This document shows positions 29,893 through 37,901 of a DNA stretch of 64,000 bases, piece by piece (the stretch's first letter is position 1; the number at the start of each line of letters is the position of its first letter). The stretch comes from Candidatus Azotimanducaceae bacterium (GTDB lineage Bacteria; Pseudomonadota; Gammaproteobacteria; Pseudomonadales; Azotimanducaceae): contig OZ247498.1 of NCBI GenBank assembly GCA_965233675.1, forward strand, positions 2,205,824 through 2,269,823, given 5' to 3'. The notes under the pieces are model-generated. The model searched no databases and had not been told where the DNA came from. It saw only the letters and a list, made by a program, of their open reading frames with translations. The translations under genes were made by a program, and so were the position numbers.

Positions 29893-29940
29893 GTCGCCGT
29901 AGGTGTCGCCGCAACTGTCGCCGCAACTATCCTGGCAACT
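29893..29940. repeat. degenerate 12-bp tandem repeat x4 in the rplT-pheS intergenic leader
   Basis: gtcgccgtaggt / gtcgccgcaact / gtcgccgcaact / atcctggcaact. Confidence 0.8.
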
Positions 29941-29950
29941 GTCCCGGTGC

Positions 29951-29974
29951 CTACCCCGGAATCGGCCGGGGTAG
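29951..29974 (-). terminator. 9-bp GC-rich hairpin just downstream of rplT
   Basis: CTACCCCGG-aatcgg-CCGGGGTAG, 24 nt after the rplT stop. No U tract, so it could be a partial terminator, an RNA-stability element or a processing element. Confidence 0.35.
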
Positions 29975-29997
29975 TACACACGTGCGGACGCGGCGCC

Positions 29998-30381
29998 TTA
30001 CGCTGCCTTGGCGGAAGTCTCGTCGGACTCCAGCGCTGCCTTGGCCTGCTCGGCGAGAACCGCGAACGCTTCTTTCTCGTGAATCGCGAGATCTGCGAGC
30101 ACTTTCCGATCCACATCGATCGCCGCCTTCTTGAGGCCGGCGATAAATCGGGAATAGGAAAGGCCATGCTCACGGGCAGCGGCATTGATCCGGACCACCC
30201 AGAGCTGCCGGAACTGGCGCTTCTTCTGGCGGCGGTCCCGATAGGCATACTGGCCGGCTTTGATGACGGCCTGCTTGGCGACCTTGAACTGGCGGCTGCG
30301 GGCACCGTAGTAACCCTTCGCCTGCTTCAGCACCTTCTTGCGGCGTGCTCGGGACACCACACTACGTTTTACTCGTGACAT
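29998..30381 (-). CDS. rplT: 50S ribosomal protein L20
   Basis: 127 aa. [29 protein letters not shown]... is canonical L20. GGAGG overlaps the rpmI stop. Confidence 0.97.
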   Translation of the reverse strand: MSRVKRSVVSRARRKKVLKQAKGYYGARSRQFKVAKQAVIKAGQYAYRDRRQKKRQFRQLWVVRINAAAREHGLSYSRFIAGLKKAAIDVDRKVLADLAIHEKEAFAVLAEQAKAALESDETSAKAA

Positions 30382-30389
30382 GGGGCCTC

Positions 30390-30590
30390 CTATCGCGCCT
30401 TGTTCGGCAACAGCTTGTCGATCATGCGGGTATCGGACGCAGACACGTCTTCCAGGCCGCGCAGCTGACGCTTCCGCTTCGATGCTTTCTTGGTGAGGAT
30501 GTGGTTACGATTCGCCTGGCGATGCTTGTAACCCTTGGCGGTGCGACGGAAACGTTTCGCCGCGCCACGGTCGGTCTTGAGTTTCGGCAT
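30390..30590 (-). CDS. rpmI: 50S ribosomal protein L35
   Basis: Start moved to ATG 30590 ([20 protein letters not shown]...), with GGAG 7 nt upstream. Confidence 0.95.
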   Translation of the reverse strand: MPKLKTDRGAAKRFRRTAKGYKHRQANRNHILTKKASKRKRQLRGLEDVSASDTRMIDKLLPNKAR

Positions 30591-30733
30591 TTCGAACTCC
30601 AATGTTTCTACCTGGTCTCAACCGGCCTTCTCGAGGCGGCGATACAGGTCTGGTTTATGTTGTTGTGTCCGGTGTTACCGGCTTCTCGTTTTTCTGGTCG
30701 AAGCGCGCGTTCCGGGGAACGCGACTAACGCTT

Positions 30734-31273
30734 CTAACGCTTCTTCTTCGAAGGAGCCATGACCATCACGACCTGGCGTCCTTCGAACTTCGGCTGGGTT
30801 TCAACCACAGCCAGATCTTCGAGGTCTGCTTCTATCCGGTTCATCAGCTTCATGCCGATCTCCGGGTGGACCATCTCCCGGCCACGAAAACGAAGGGAAA
30901 TTTTCGCTTTGTCGCCATCTTCGAGGAATCGTCGCAGATTCCGGAGTTTGACCTGATAGTCACCTTCCTCCGTGCCAGGCCGGAACTTGATTTCCTTGAC
31001 CTGAATCTGCTTCTGCTTCTTACGCTGTGCGGCCTTTGTCTTCTTCTCCTCGAACAGGTGCTTGCCGTAGTCCATCACCTTGACCACCGGCGGCTCTGCT
31101 TCCGGGGCAATCAGTACTAGGTCCAGACCCGCTCGAGTGGCGGCACTGAGCGCTTCATCTCTGGAAACGACACCTACCTGCTCCCCATCCGCGCCGATCA
31201 GCCTGACGCTCGAGGCCGTGATCTCTTCGTTGGTCAGAGACCGGTTAGCTCGCTTCGCGACACCTCTTTTAAT
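30734..31273 (-). CDS. infC: translation initiation factor IF-3, AUU start codon
   Basis: The track ORF 30734..31087 begins at an internal GTG. The frame stays open upstream and encodes [71 protein letters not shown], the IF-3 N-domain. ATT at 31273-31271 has GGAG 7 nt upstream. 179 aa in total. Confidence 0.9.
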   Translation of the reverse strand: MKRGVAKRANRSLTNEEITASSVRLIGADGEQVGVVSRDEALSAATRAGLDLVLIAPEAEPPVVKVMDYGKHLFEEKKTKAAQRKKQKQIQVKEIKFRPGTEEGDYQVKLRNLRRFLEDGDKAKISLRFRGREMVHPEIGMKLMNRIEADLEDLAVVETQPKFEGRQVVMVMAPSKKKR

Positions 31274-31419
31274 AGGCGTTCTCCAATCTTCAGTTGCTCT
31301 AAGAGTATAAATATTAACGCGAAAACGGCCGCGGCGACTTATTCCTCTTCAGGAGTTCGCCCGACCAGACAACTATCTATTTTCGTTTTCGACTATTTTC
31401 GACGATGTTCCGTCTATAT

Positions 31420-31450
31420 CCCATCGTCCCATCGTCCCATCGTCCCATCT
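31420..31450. repeat. 8-bp tandem repeat x3.9 in the infC upstream region
   Basis: cccatcgt cccatcgt cccatcgt cccatct. An adjacent 10-bp duplicate, ttttcgacta/ttttcgacga, lies at about 31385-31404. Confidence 0.85.
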
Positions 31451-31548
31451 CCGCCGGCAGACCCTGAGGCCAACACCAACGGAGCGCGGCATTCTACTGC
31501 CCCCTTCTCCCGCACACAAGTCTCCTGACGCCGGGAAATGGACGCTAA

Positions 31549-31574
31549 GCCCTTGTCATAAAAGGGCAATTTTT
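31549..31574. terminator. hairpin downstream of the acyl-CoA dehydrogenase gene
   Basis: GCCCTTgtcataaAAGGGC followed by AATTTTT on the plus strand. The T-run is on the plus-strand side and an A-run is on the other side, so orientation and function are ambiguous. Confidence 0.4.
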
Positions 31575-31590
31575 CCGTTGCGGCAAAGTT

Positions 31591-32781
31591 TCAATCCGGC
31601 AGGCCCAATACCCGTTTGGCGATGATGTTCAGCTGCACCTCGGAAGTGCCGCCTTCGATGGAATTCGCCTTGGAACGCAGCCAGCCGCGGGTGGTGTCGA
31701 GCTCATTCGGCGCAAAGGGGTTGCTGTCCAGAACGGTGCCCAGACTCCGGGTGCCCATCATGTCCAGCATCAGCTCATAGCGGTTCTTGTTCTGCTCCGT
31801 ACCGTAGTACTTGAACATCGAAGATTCGGCCCCTGGCGCCTTGCCGCTCGCGGTTTCTTCCACGGACCGTTTGATGGCGAAACTGTAGGCCCGGTCGTTC
31901 ATGCGGTGTCGCAGCACCTTCTCTCGGAGTGCTGCGTCCGCGATCCGGCCGTCCTGCAGCCCCACGTAGTCGGCGGCCAGTTCTTCCAGGGTGGCCTGCT
32001 TCTGGCTGCCGCCGCCAATGCCACCGATCATCGTGCGCTCGTATTGCAGCAGCCGCTTGGCCACCGTCCAGCCCTTGCCCGGCACGCTGACCACCTGGCT
32101 CTTTGAAGCCCGGGCGTTATCGAAAAAGGTCTCGCAGAAGGGTGACAGACCGCTGATCAGCAGGATCGGTTTCACCGTCACCCCCGGCTGATCCATGTCG
32201 AACAGCACGAAGGTGATGCCGTCATGCTTGGGCGCAGCCGGGTCGGTGCGGACCAGGCAGAAAATCCAGTCCGCATGATCGGCGCCGGAGGTCCAGATTT
32301 TCTGGCCGTTGATCACGTATTCGTCACCATCCTCCACAGCCGAGGTACGCAAACTGGCCAGATCCGACCCTGCGCCCGGCTCGCTGTAGCCCTGGCACCA
32401 CCAGATCTCACCCCGGGCGATTTTCGGCAGATGCTGCTGCTTCTGCTCTTCCGTACCGAACTCCAGCAGTGCCGGGCCGATCATGCTGATACCCATGCCC
32501 ACGTGCGCGGGCCGGGCATTGATCCGGCGCAGCTCCTCGCCGAGCACCAGGTTCTCTTCCTTCGACAGGCCGGCGCCGCCATATTCCTTCGGCCACATGG
32601 GAACCGTGAAGCCCCGTTCCGCCATCCGATCCATCCAGACCTTGGTCTCCGGGTTCTTGTAAACCGCTCGACGACCGCCACCCGGAGACTCGTCTGCCGG
32701 CATGGGCGTACGCATGCTGGGCGGACAGTTCTCTTCCAGCCAGTCCCGGACTTCTACTCTGAATGCGGACAGATCGCTCAC
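31591..32781 (-). CDS. acyl-CoA dehydrogenase
   Basis: Start proposed at GTG 32781 (AGGAGA 5 nt upstream); the track's ATG 32880 is the alternative. ACAD motifs present, with the catalytic-base region SIEGGTSEVQLNIIAKRVLGLP at the C-terminus. Confidence 0.85.
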   Translation of the reverse strand: MSDLSAFRVEVRDWLEENCPPSMRTPMPADESPGGGRRAVYKNPETKVWMDRMAERGFTVPMWPKEYGGAGLSKEENLVLGEELRRINARPAHVGMGISMIGPALLEFGTEEQKQQHLPKIARGEIWWCQGYSEPGAGSDLASLRTSAVEDGDEYVINGQKIWTSGADHADWIFCLVRTDPAAPKHDGITFVLFDMDQPGVTVKPILLISGLSPFCETFFDNARASKSQVVSVPGKGWTVAKRLLQYERTMIGGIGGGSQKQATLEELAADYVGLQDGRIADAALREKVLRHRMNDRAYSFAIKRSVEETASGKAPGAESSMFKYYGTEQNKNRYELMLDMMGTRSLGTVLDSNPFAPNELDTTRGWLRSKANSIEGGTSEVQLNIIAKRVLGLPD

Positions 32782-32909
32782 ATCGTTCTCCTGAATATGC
32801 CAATCGCGCCAGTTTAGCAGCCTGCTGGATGTTTCTCGAAAGTCCGGCGGTTTGGCTTGTGCTCCCTGCCGGATGTCCATATCTTCAATCTGGAGGGGAG
32901 AAAATCACC

Positions 32910-34526
32910 ATGTCTGAACATCAGTCCGGACGGATTCCGTCTGCGGAACAGTCTGCGCAACAATCCAAGGATCAGCCTGGCGCTGCAGCCGAAGACAGGC
33001 GCACACTCACATCCTGGCAACTGGCCTCCTATGGGGCGCCCGCCATGCCGCTGTCCATGGTGGCCCTTCCCATGGCCGTGTATCTCCCAGCCGTGTATGC
33101 GGATGCGGAAGGCTTCGGTCTGGGGCTCGCCTTTGTCGGCCTGGTGATGATGCTGTCGCGCATCTTCGACGGCATCACCGATCCATTGATCGGATTCATC
33201 TCCGACCGGATCCGGACACCCTGGGGCAGACGCAAACCGTTCGTAGTGATCGGCACGCCGATTTACATCGCCGGGATCTGCCTGCTGTTCATACCGCCCA
33301 TCGAGTTCGGCGAGGTGAGCTTCCTCGGCCTGACCTTCAACAGTGGCTATCCCTGGATGTTGATGGCGCTGATCATCACCTATGTGGGCGCAACGGTGAA
33401 GGACGTGCCCTACTCCGCCTGGGGCGGCGAACTCACCACGAATTACAACGAACGTACGCTCGTTACCAGCTGGCGCGAAGGCTTCTCGGTCACCGGCTCT
33501 CTGATCGGTGCATTCACGCCCACGATCATCCTGTTTTTCGGCTACGACAAACCAGTGGACGCCGTCTATTTTCTCTCGCTCGCCATTGCCTTCGTCATGC
33601 CCGTGCTGGTCGCAAACTGCGTGATCTCCACCCCCGAACACAAGGTGGTGGAACGCCGGCCGGAGAAACTGCCGCTGAAAGAGAGCTTCCGTTATGTCTG
33701 GCAGAACGAATCTTATCGACGGCTGATCATCATCTTTCTGTTCTCCAACATCGGCTCGGCGATGACGAATACCCTGTCCTTCTTCTTCGTCAAGCACGTG
33801 CTGCTGGCTGGCGATCTCTACGGTCTCTACCTTGCGCCCTATTTCCTCTCCCAGGTGGTCGCCATCCCGCTCTGGTTCAAGCTGTCCCGGAAGATCGGCA
33901 AGCACCGGGCGACCATGGCGGCCATCGGCTGGTATGCACTCTGGTCCTGCTTCATTCCACTGATCGCCATCGCGCCGATGGTCTGGTTCGATGCCTTCGA
34001 GATCCCCCGGCTGCTCACATTCCTGCCGGCTGATACCTACGCCAGTGTGGTCGCCTATTTCGAGGACGTTCCCACCGGAAAATTCCTGTTCTTCATCCTG
34101 ATCATGTGCCTGAAAGGCAGCTCCATCGGTGCGCTGTCCGCCCTGCCATATGCCATGGCCGCCGATGTGGTGGACGTGGACGAAGCCCAGACCGGCAAGC
34201 GTCAGGGCGGCGCCTACTTCTCCATCTGGTTGATGGTTCGAAAATTGGCCTATGCCCTGGGGCTGCTGGTGGGCACGAATATGGTCGTGATCTTCGGTTT
34301 CAACTCCCTCGCCGATCCCCTGAATACCACCAACACCGCATTCGCCCTGCTGATGCTCGCCTGTTGCTACTCCGTGGTGCCGGCGATCTTCAAATTCGTG
34401 GCGATGCCGTTGTTGTGGAACTACTCGCTCACCGAGGAGAAGGTGAGGGAGATTCAGGCAGGCATCTCACCGCCGGAGCCGGAACCCGAGCTGGAATCTC
34501 AGCCGCCGTCACCGCCTACGGGTTGA
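32910..34526 (+). CDS. MFS transporter, glycoside-pentoside-hexuronide (GPH)-like
   Basis: Start moved to ATG 32910 (GGAGGGGA upstream). 12 predicted helices. The GPH-like loop RIFDGITDPLIGFISDRIRTPWGRRKPF follows TM2. Confidence 0.8.
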   Translation: MSEHQSGRIPSAEQSAQQSKDQPGAAAEDRRTLTSWQLASYGAPAMPLSMVALPMAVYLPAVYADAEGFGLGLAFVGLVMMLSRIFDGITDPLIGFISDRIRTPWGRRKPFVVIGTPIYIAGICLLFIPPIEFGEVSFLGLTFNSGYPWMLMALIITYVGATVKDVPYSAWGGELTTNYNERTLVTSWREGFSVTGSLIGAFTPTIILFFGYDKPVDAVYFLSLAIAFVMPVLVANCVISTPEHKVVERRPEKLPLKESFRYVWQNESYRRLIIIFLFSNIGSAMTNTLSFFFVKHVLLAGDLYGLYLAPYFLSQVVAIPLWFKLSRKIGKHRATMAAIGWYALWSCFIPLIAIAPMVWFDAFEIPRLLTFLPADTYASVVAYFEDVPTGKFLFFILIMCLKGSSIGALSALPYAMAADVVDVDEAQTGKRQGGAYFSIWLMVRKLAYALGLLVGTNMVVIFGFNSLADPLNTTNTAFALLMLACCYSVVPAIFKFVAMPLLWNYSLTEEKVREIQAGISPPEPEPELESQPPSPPTG

Positions 34527-34552
34527 GTTCCCGTCACGCTGGAGCCGGCCTG

Positions 34553-34588
34553 TCATACCAGGCCTCATACCAGGCCTCATACCAGGCC
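34553..34588. repeat. 12-bp tandem repeat x3 that triplicates the last three codons plus the stop of the aminotransferase gene
   Basis: tcataccaggcc x3 on the plus strand, which is GGC CTG GTA TGA x3 on the coding strand. The first in-frame TGA (34577-34579) ends the gene. Confidence 0.9.
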
Positions 34589-35914
34589 GGAAATGGTCTT
34601 CACGGCCACGCAGAACGCGGCCACCGCTTCTCTCAGATCGCGACGCCGCTCGTCCCCTGTACTCTCTGAGAAGCAGAAGGAAATCCGAAGCTGATCGTAA
34701 CCCGCTTTCGGATTTCTGATCCGGGCATCCGGGGGGTAGAAGTCATACATGGGGATCACCACCAGGCCGTACTCTGCCACCATGTCTTCGATGAAGTCGT
34801 CGTCCGTACGCACGTTACCGTCGAGAAAGGTAAACACCGAGAAGAATCCGGCCTCCGGTACGGTCCAGTGGAAATGGTCTTTGTGGGCACCGAGTTCCGC
34901 CTCGAATCCATCCAGCAGAATCTGGCGGTTTTCCCGGTAGACGCCGAGTTTGCCCTCGGCCACGGGCCAGAGCGAGGTGCGTTCGGAAAAGTCCGCCTCG
35001 TGCAGCAGGGCCTCAAAGCCACGGATGGCAGCCGGGTTCGGAAAGAGCAGATCTGCACTGGCCTGCACCAGCGCGAGCTCAGCCAGGGTCGCGGTCTCGC
35101 CATCGGCAATCGTCAGCTCGGCTTCCGAATAGAGATAGGCCACCCGCGGCCCGGGAAAGCCGATCTTCGATCCGGTGAACAGGTGGACGGTCTGGGCTGG
35201 ATCCAGCGCGAAAAACGGCTTCACCCGCTCGCCAGCTTCCGCAAAATTGATGTAGAGATAAGGTGCGTCTTCGACAATGAGCACCCCTTCCCGCCGTGCT
35301 ATGTCCAGGATCTCCAGCCGACGGGCCGCGGAGAAAGAAAAGCCGGCCGGATTATGACCGTCCGGTACCGTGTAGTAGAACGGCACCAGATTTCCGGCAG
35401 CCCGGGCGGCATGAATCTGTGCTTCGAAAACGGACGGCACCGGGCCTTCATCATCCATTTCCACACTGAAGATACTGGCATGCTGACAAAGCGTCGCCCG
35501 GGCCATGAAACCGGCGTAGGTGGGCGCATCGGTGATGTAGGCAATGGGGCTGCCGGCATGTTCGAACAGTGAGCAGATCAGACTGATCCCGCCGGTGGCA
35601 CCCACGGTCGGAATCAGACAGTCCGGGCGCATGATCAGGCCCCAGTCATGGCCGTATACGCGGGCGAACGTTTCCCGGGCACTCAATGGGCCAAGCGTAT
35701 CTCCATAGGAAAAGGCTTCGCGCAGATGTTCAGGCAGTGCCTGGGGATCGTTCTGTCCTTCCAGCTCGGTCAGGTGTTCGAGGTAGGCGGCCTCATGGGC
35801 GATGAATCCGCGCGGGTCCGTCACTTCCGGATGCGGATACCCGGCACCCAGGTGATGGATTTTGAGCCCTTTGTCCTGGGCGACCTTACGCAGCCTGGGC
35901 AGGGAAGCAGACAT
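34577..35914 (-). CDS. PLP-dependent aminotransferase (class I/II fold)
   Basis: Start moved to ATG 35914 (MSASLPRLRKV...). The longer track ORF would run through rsgA in another frame. Fold-type I features recognised by recall. Confidence 0.75.
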   Translation of the reverse strand: MSASLPRLRKVAQDKGLKIHHLGAGYPHPEVTDPRGFIAHEAAYLEHLTELEGQNDPQALPEHLREAFSYGDTLGPLSARETFARVYGHDWGLIMRPDCLIPTVGATGGISLICSLFEHAGSPIAYITDAPTYAGFMARATLCQHASIFSVEMDDEGPVPSVFEAQIHAARAAGNLVPFYYTVPDGHNPAGFSFSAARRLEILDIARREGVLIVEDAPYLYINFAEAGERVKPFFALDPAQTVHLFTGSKIGFPGPRVAYLYSEAELTIADGETATLAELALVQASADLLFPNPAAIRGFEALLHEADFSERTSLWPVAEGKLGVYRENRQILLDGFEAELGAHKDHFHWTVPEAGFFSVFTFLDGNVRTDDDFIEDMVAEYGLVVIPMYDFYPPDARIRNPKAGYDQLRISFCFSESTGDERRRDLREAVAAFCVAVKTISGLV

Positions 35915-36023
35915 CTTCCGGGTTACGGATACAGGTTGCCGGACAACGCCCGGCGCATTCAGATTAGTCACTGCTGATTCTCTTGTGCTGGCTGGACTCT
36001 GATTAGTCTTTGTTAACAGCCTA

Positions 36024-37094
36024 TCAGTCCCGCTTCTTCTGGGCGCTTGCCTGATGCTGCCGGACCATTTTGTCGAACTGCCGCGTCCGCGCGTGGCGCT
36101 CGGCGACCGTTTCGGTGTTATACATCTCTTCGCGGCGGAGCTTACGATAACTGTCGAGCCTGCGCTCATCCAGTTCTCCGGAAGCGATCGCCTCCCGTAC
36201 GGCACAACCGGGCTCGGTCTCATGCGCGCAGTCGTTGAAGCGGCACTGTTCCGCCAGCGACTCCACGTCTTCGAAGGCGGACTGGATCCCGGACTCCGCA
36301 TCTGTGATGCCCAGTTCCCGCATCCCCGGGCTGTCGAGCAGCAGACCACCCGCCTCGAGGAGGTGCAGTGATCGGTGGGTGGTGGTGTGACGACCCTTTC
36401 CGTCATCTTCCCGGATGCGCCCGGTAGCCTGCACTTCGGCGCCGGACAGACTGTTGATCAGCGTGGACTTGCCCACTCCGGAAGAGCCGAGCAGGGTAAT
36501 AGTCTGCCCGCGCACGCACCAGCCGCGGAGCGCATCCACATCCGATTCGGACAGCGCATTCACCACCTCGATGATCAGATCCCGACTCAGGCGTCGGGTC
36601 TGCTCGCGATAGTCGTCGGCATTGTCGGTCTGATCCGCCTTGGTCAGCACCACCACCGGTTGCACGCCTGCGTCCATGGCCAGAGTCAGGTAACGTTCCA
36701 TTCTGGCCAGGTTGAACTCTTCATTGCAGGAGCTGACGAGAAACATCACGTCCACATTGGCGGCGATAAGCTGAACGTCGCCCGGCTTGTTCACGCTCAT
36801 CCGCTTGAGAAGGCTCTTGCGCTCAAGCAGCCGTTCGATGGCGCCACTCTCCGAGTTGAACAGAACCCAGTCACCGACCGTGGGGCGATCCTCCGGCGAA
36901 CCCTGAAACCACTTACCACCCAGCGGCACATCCAGCTCCCGAACGTCCGCATCGTCTTCGAAACGCAAGCGCAGGCCGGATCTCTGTACTTCGAAGACCC
37001 GCGCCGGCCGCAGTGTTTCCATTTCCTCCAGCGTGAGCTGCTGCTGAAAAACAGGCGTCCAGCCGAGGTCGGCCAGGCTTGTCGGATCACTCAT
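36024..37094 (-). CDS. rsgA: ribosome small-subunit-dependent GTPase A
   Basis: GSSGVGKSTLINSL P-loop and C-terminal zinc knuckle CRFNDCAHETEPGCAV. ATG 37094 or 37112. Confidence 0.9.
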   Translation of the reverse strand: MSDPTSLADLGWTPVFQQQLTLEEMETLRPARVFEVQRSGLRLRFEDDADVRELDVPLGGKWFQGSPEDRPTVGDWVLFNSESGAIERLLERKSLLKRMSVNKPGDVQLIAANVDVMFLVSSCNEEFNLARMERYLTLAMDAGVQPVVVLTKADQTDNADDYREQTRRLSRDLIIEVVNALSESDVDALRGWCVRGQTITLLGSSGVGKSTLINSLSGAEVQATGRIREDDGKGRHTTTHRSLHLLEAGGLLLDSPGMRELGITDAESGIQSAFEDVESLAEQCRFNDCAHETEPGCAVREAIASGELDERRLDSYRKLRREEMYNTETVAERHARTRQFDKMVRQHQASAQKKRD

Positions 37095-37120
37095 GCGATA
37101 CTGCTCGCGCAACTACTTAT

Positions 37121-37146
37121 GTGACTATTCATGTGACTATTCATGT
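37121..37146. repeat. 12-bp tandem repeat x2.2 that duplicates the stop-codon region of the DUF45 gene
   Basis: gtgactattcat gtgactattcat gt. On the coding strand this is CAT GAA TAG TCA duplicated. The first TAG (37137-37139) ends the gene, and the array sits between that stop and the rsgA start. Confidence 0.85.
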
Positions 37147-37901
37147 AAAAGCAGCGGCAGGTAGGCATCCAGCTCTTCCCGTCGCGATTCCCAGTCCGGC
37201 ATGTGAACGCGCATCAGCGCATAGAACCGGTGGCTGTGGTCATGGTGAACCAGATGGCAGAGCTCGTGCAGCACCACATAGTCGATCAGCCTTTCCGGCA
37301 CTTTGGCGAGGTGCGTGTTCAGTACGATTTTGCCCGAAGCCGAACAGCTGCCCCACTGACTGCGCATGAAGCGCACGCGCCACTCACCGCACCAGCTTTC
37401 CAGCCAGGGCAAATCCTGCAGACGGTGCAGGCTCTCCGAGAAAAGCCTCTCTGCCTCTCTCCTGTACCAGCGATCGATGGCCTTTTTCACCAGGCGGGGA
37501 TCTGTGTCCGGCAGGCGTACGGTGATGGCGCCGACGATACCGCGCACATCCTGAAACAGACGCTGCTGAGACTCCCGTTCCTTCCTGGTGATCCGCCGCG
37601 GCCCGTTCTGCACCGACAGTTCATAGGCTTCACCGAGAAACTGCAGCAGTTCGCCGTCTCGGTAACTGGGCGGACTGACACAGCGCGCGTCTTCCTGAAC
37701 CGAGGCCAGCCGGTGTCGCAGCCAGCGACCATGTTCCGCCACCACGGAAGCCAGATCATCGAAGGTGACCTCCATCGGCGTTTCCAGGATAACGAGCCCT
37801 GCCGGATCGAAGGCCAATCCGATGCGCGTTTTGCGCCGGCTGCTGCGGCGAACCTCCACCTCAATGGAGTCGATGGTCAGTCGCTCGCTCAGAAATCCCA
37901 A
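37137..37901 (-). CDS. YgjP-like (DUF45) zinc metallopeptidase-fold protein
   Basis: 254 aa with the HELCHLVHHDHSHRF (HExxH) motif near the C-terminus. Confidence 0.8.
   Translation of the reverse strand: MGFLSERLTIDSIEVEVRRSSRRKTRIGLAFDPAGLVILETPMEVTFDDLASVVAEHGRWLRHRLASVQEDARCVSPPSYRDGELLQFLGEAYELSVQNGPRRITRKERESQQRLFQDVRGIVGAITVRLPDTDPRLVKKAIDRWYRREAERLFSESLHRLQDLPWLESWCGEWRVRFMRSQWGSCSASGKIVLNTHLAKVPERLIDYVVLHELCHLVHHDHSHRFYALMRVHMPDWESRREELDAYLPLLLHE

Noticed and set aside
29823-30305. 160-aa minus-strand ORF running from inside rplT into the pheS leader, considered as a source of a Phe leader peptide.
   Set aside because: It is out of frame with rplT and Ala/Thr/Pro/Arg-rich, with a single Phe in the leader portion. 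It is not a credible attenuation peptide.
30591-30733. The infC-rpmI spacer as the L20-responsive translational operator of rpmI-rplT.
   Set aside because: This is plausible by analogy with E. coli. I could not identify the long-range pseudoknot or an L20-site mimic by eye, so it is not reported as a feature.
35915-36406. N-terminal 164-codon extension of the aminotransferase ORF (the track gives 34577..36406).
   Set aside because: The extension runs through the 3' part of rsgA in another frame and is Ser/Arg/Pro-rich. Aminotransferase similarity begins at Met165 (ATG 35914).
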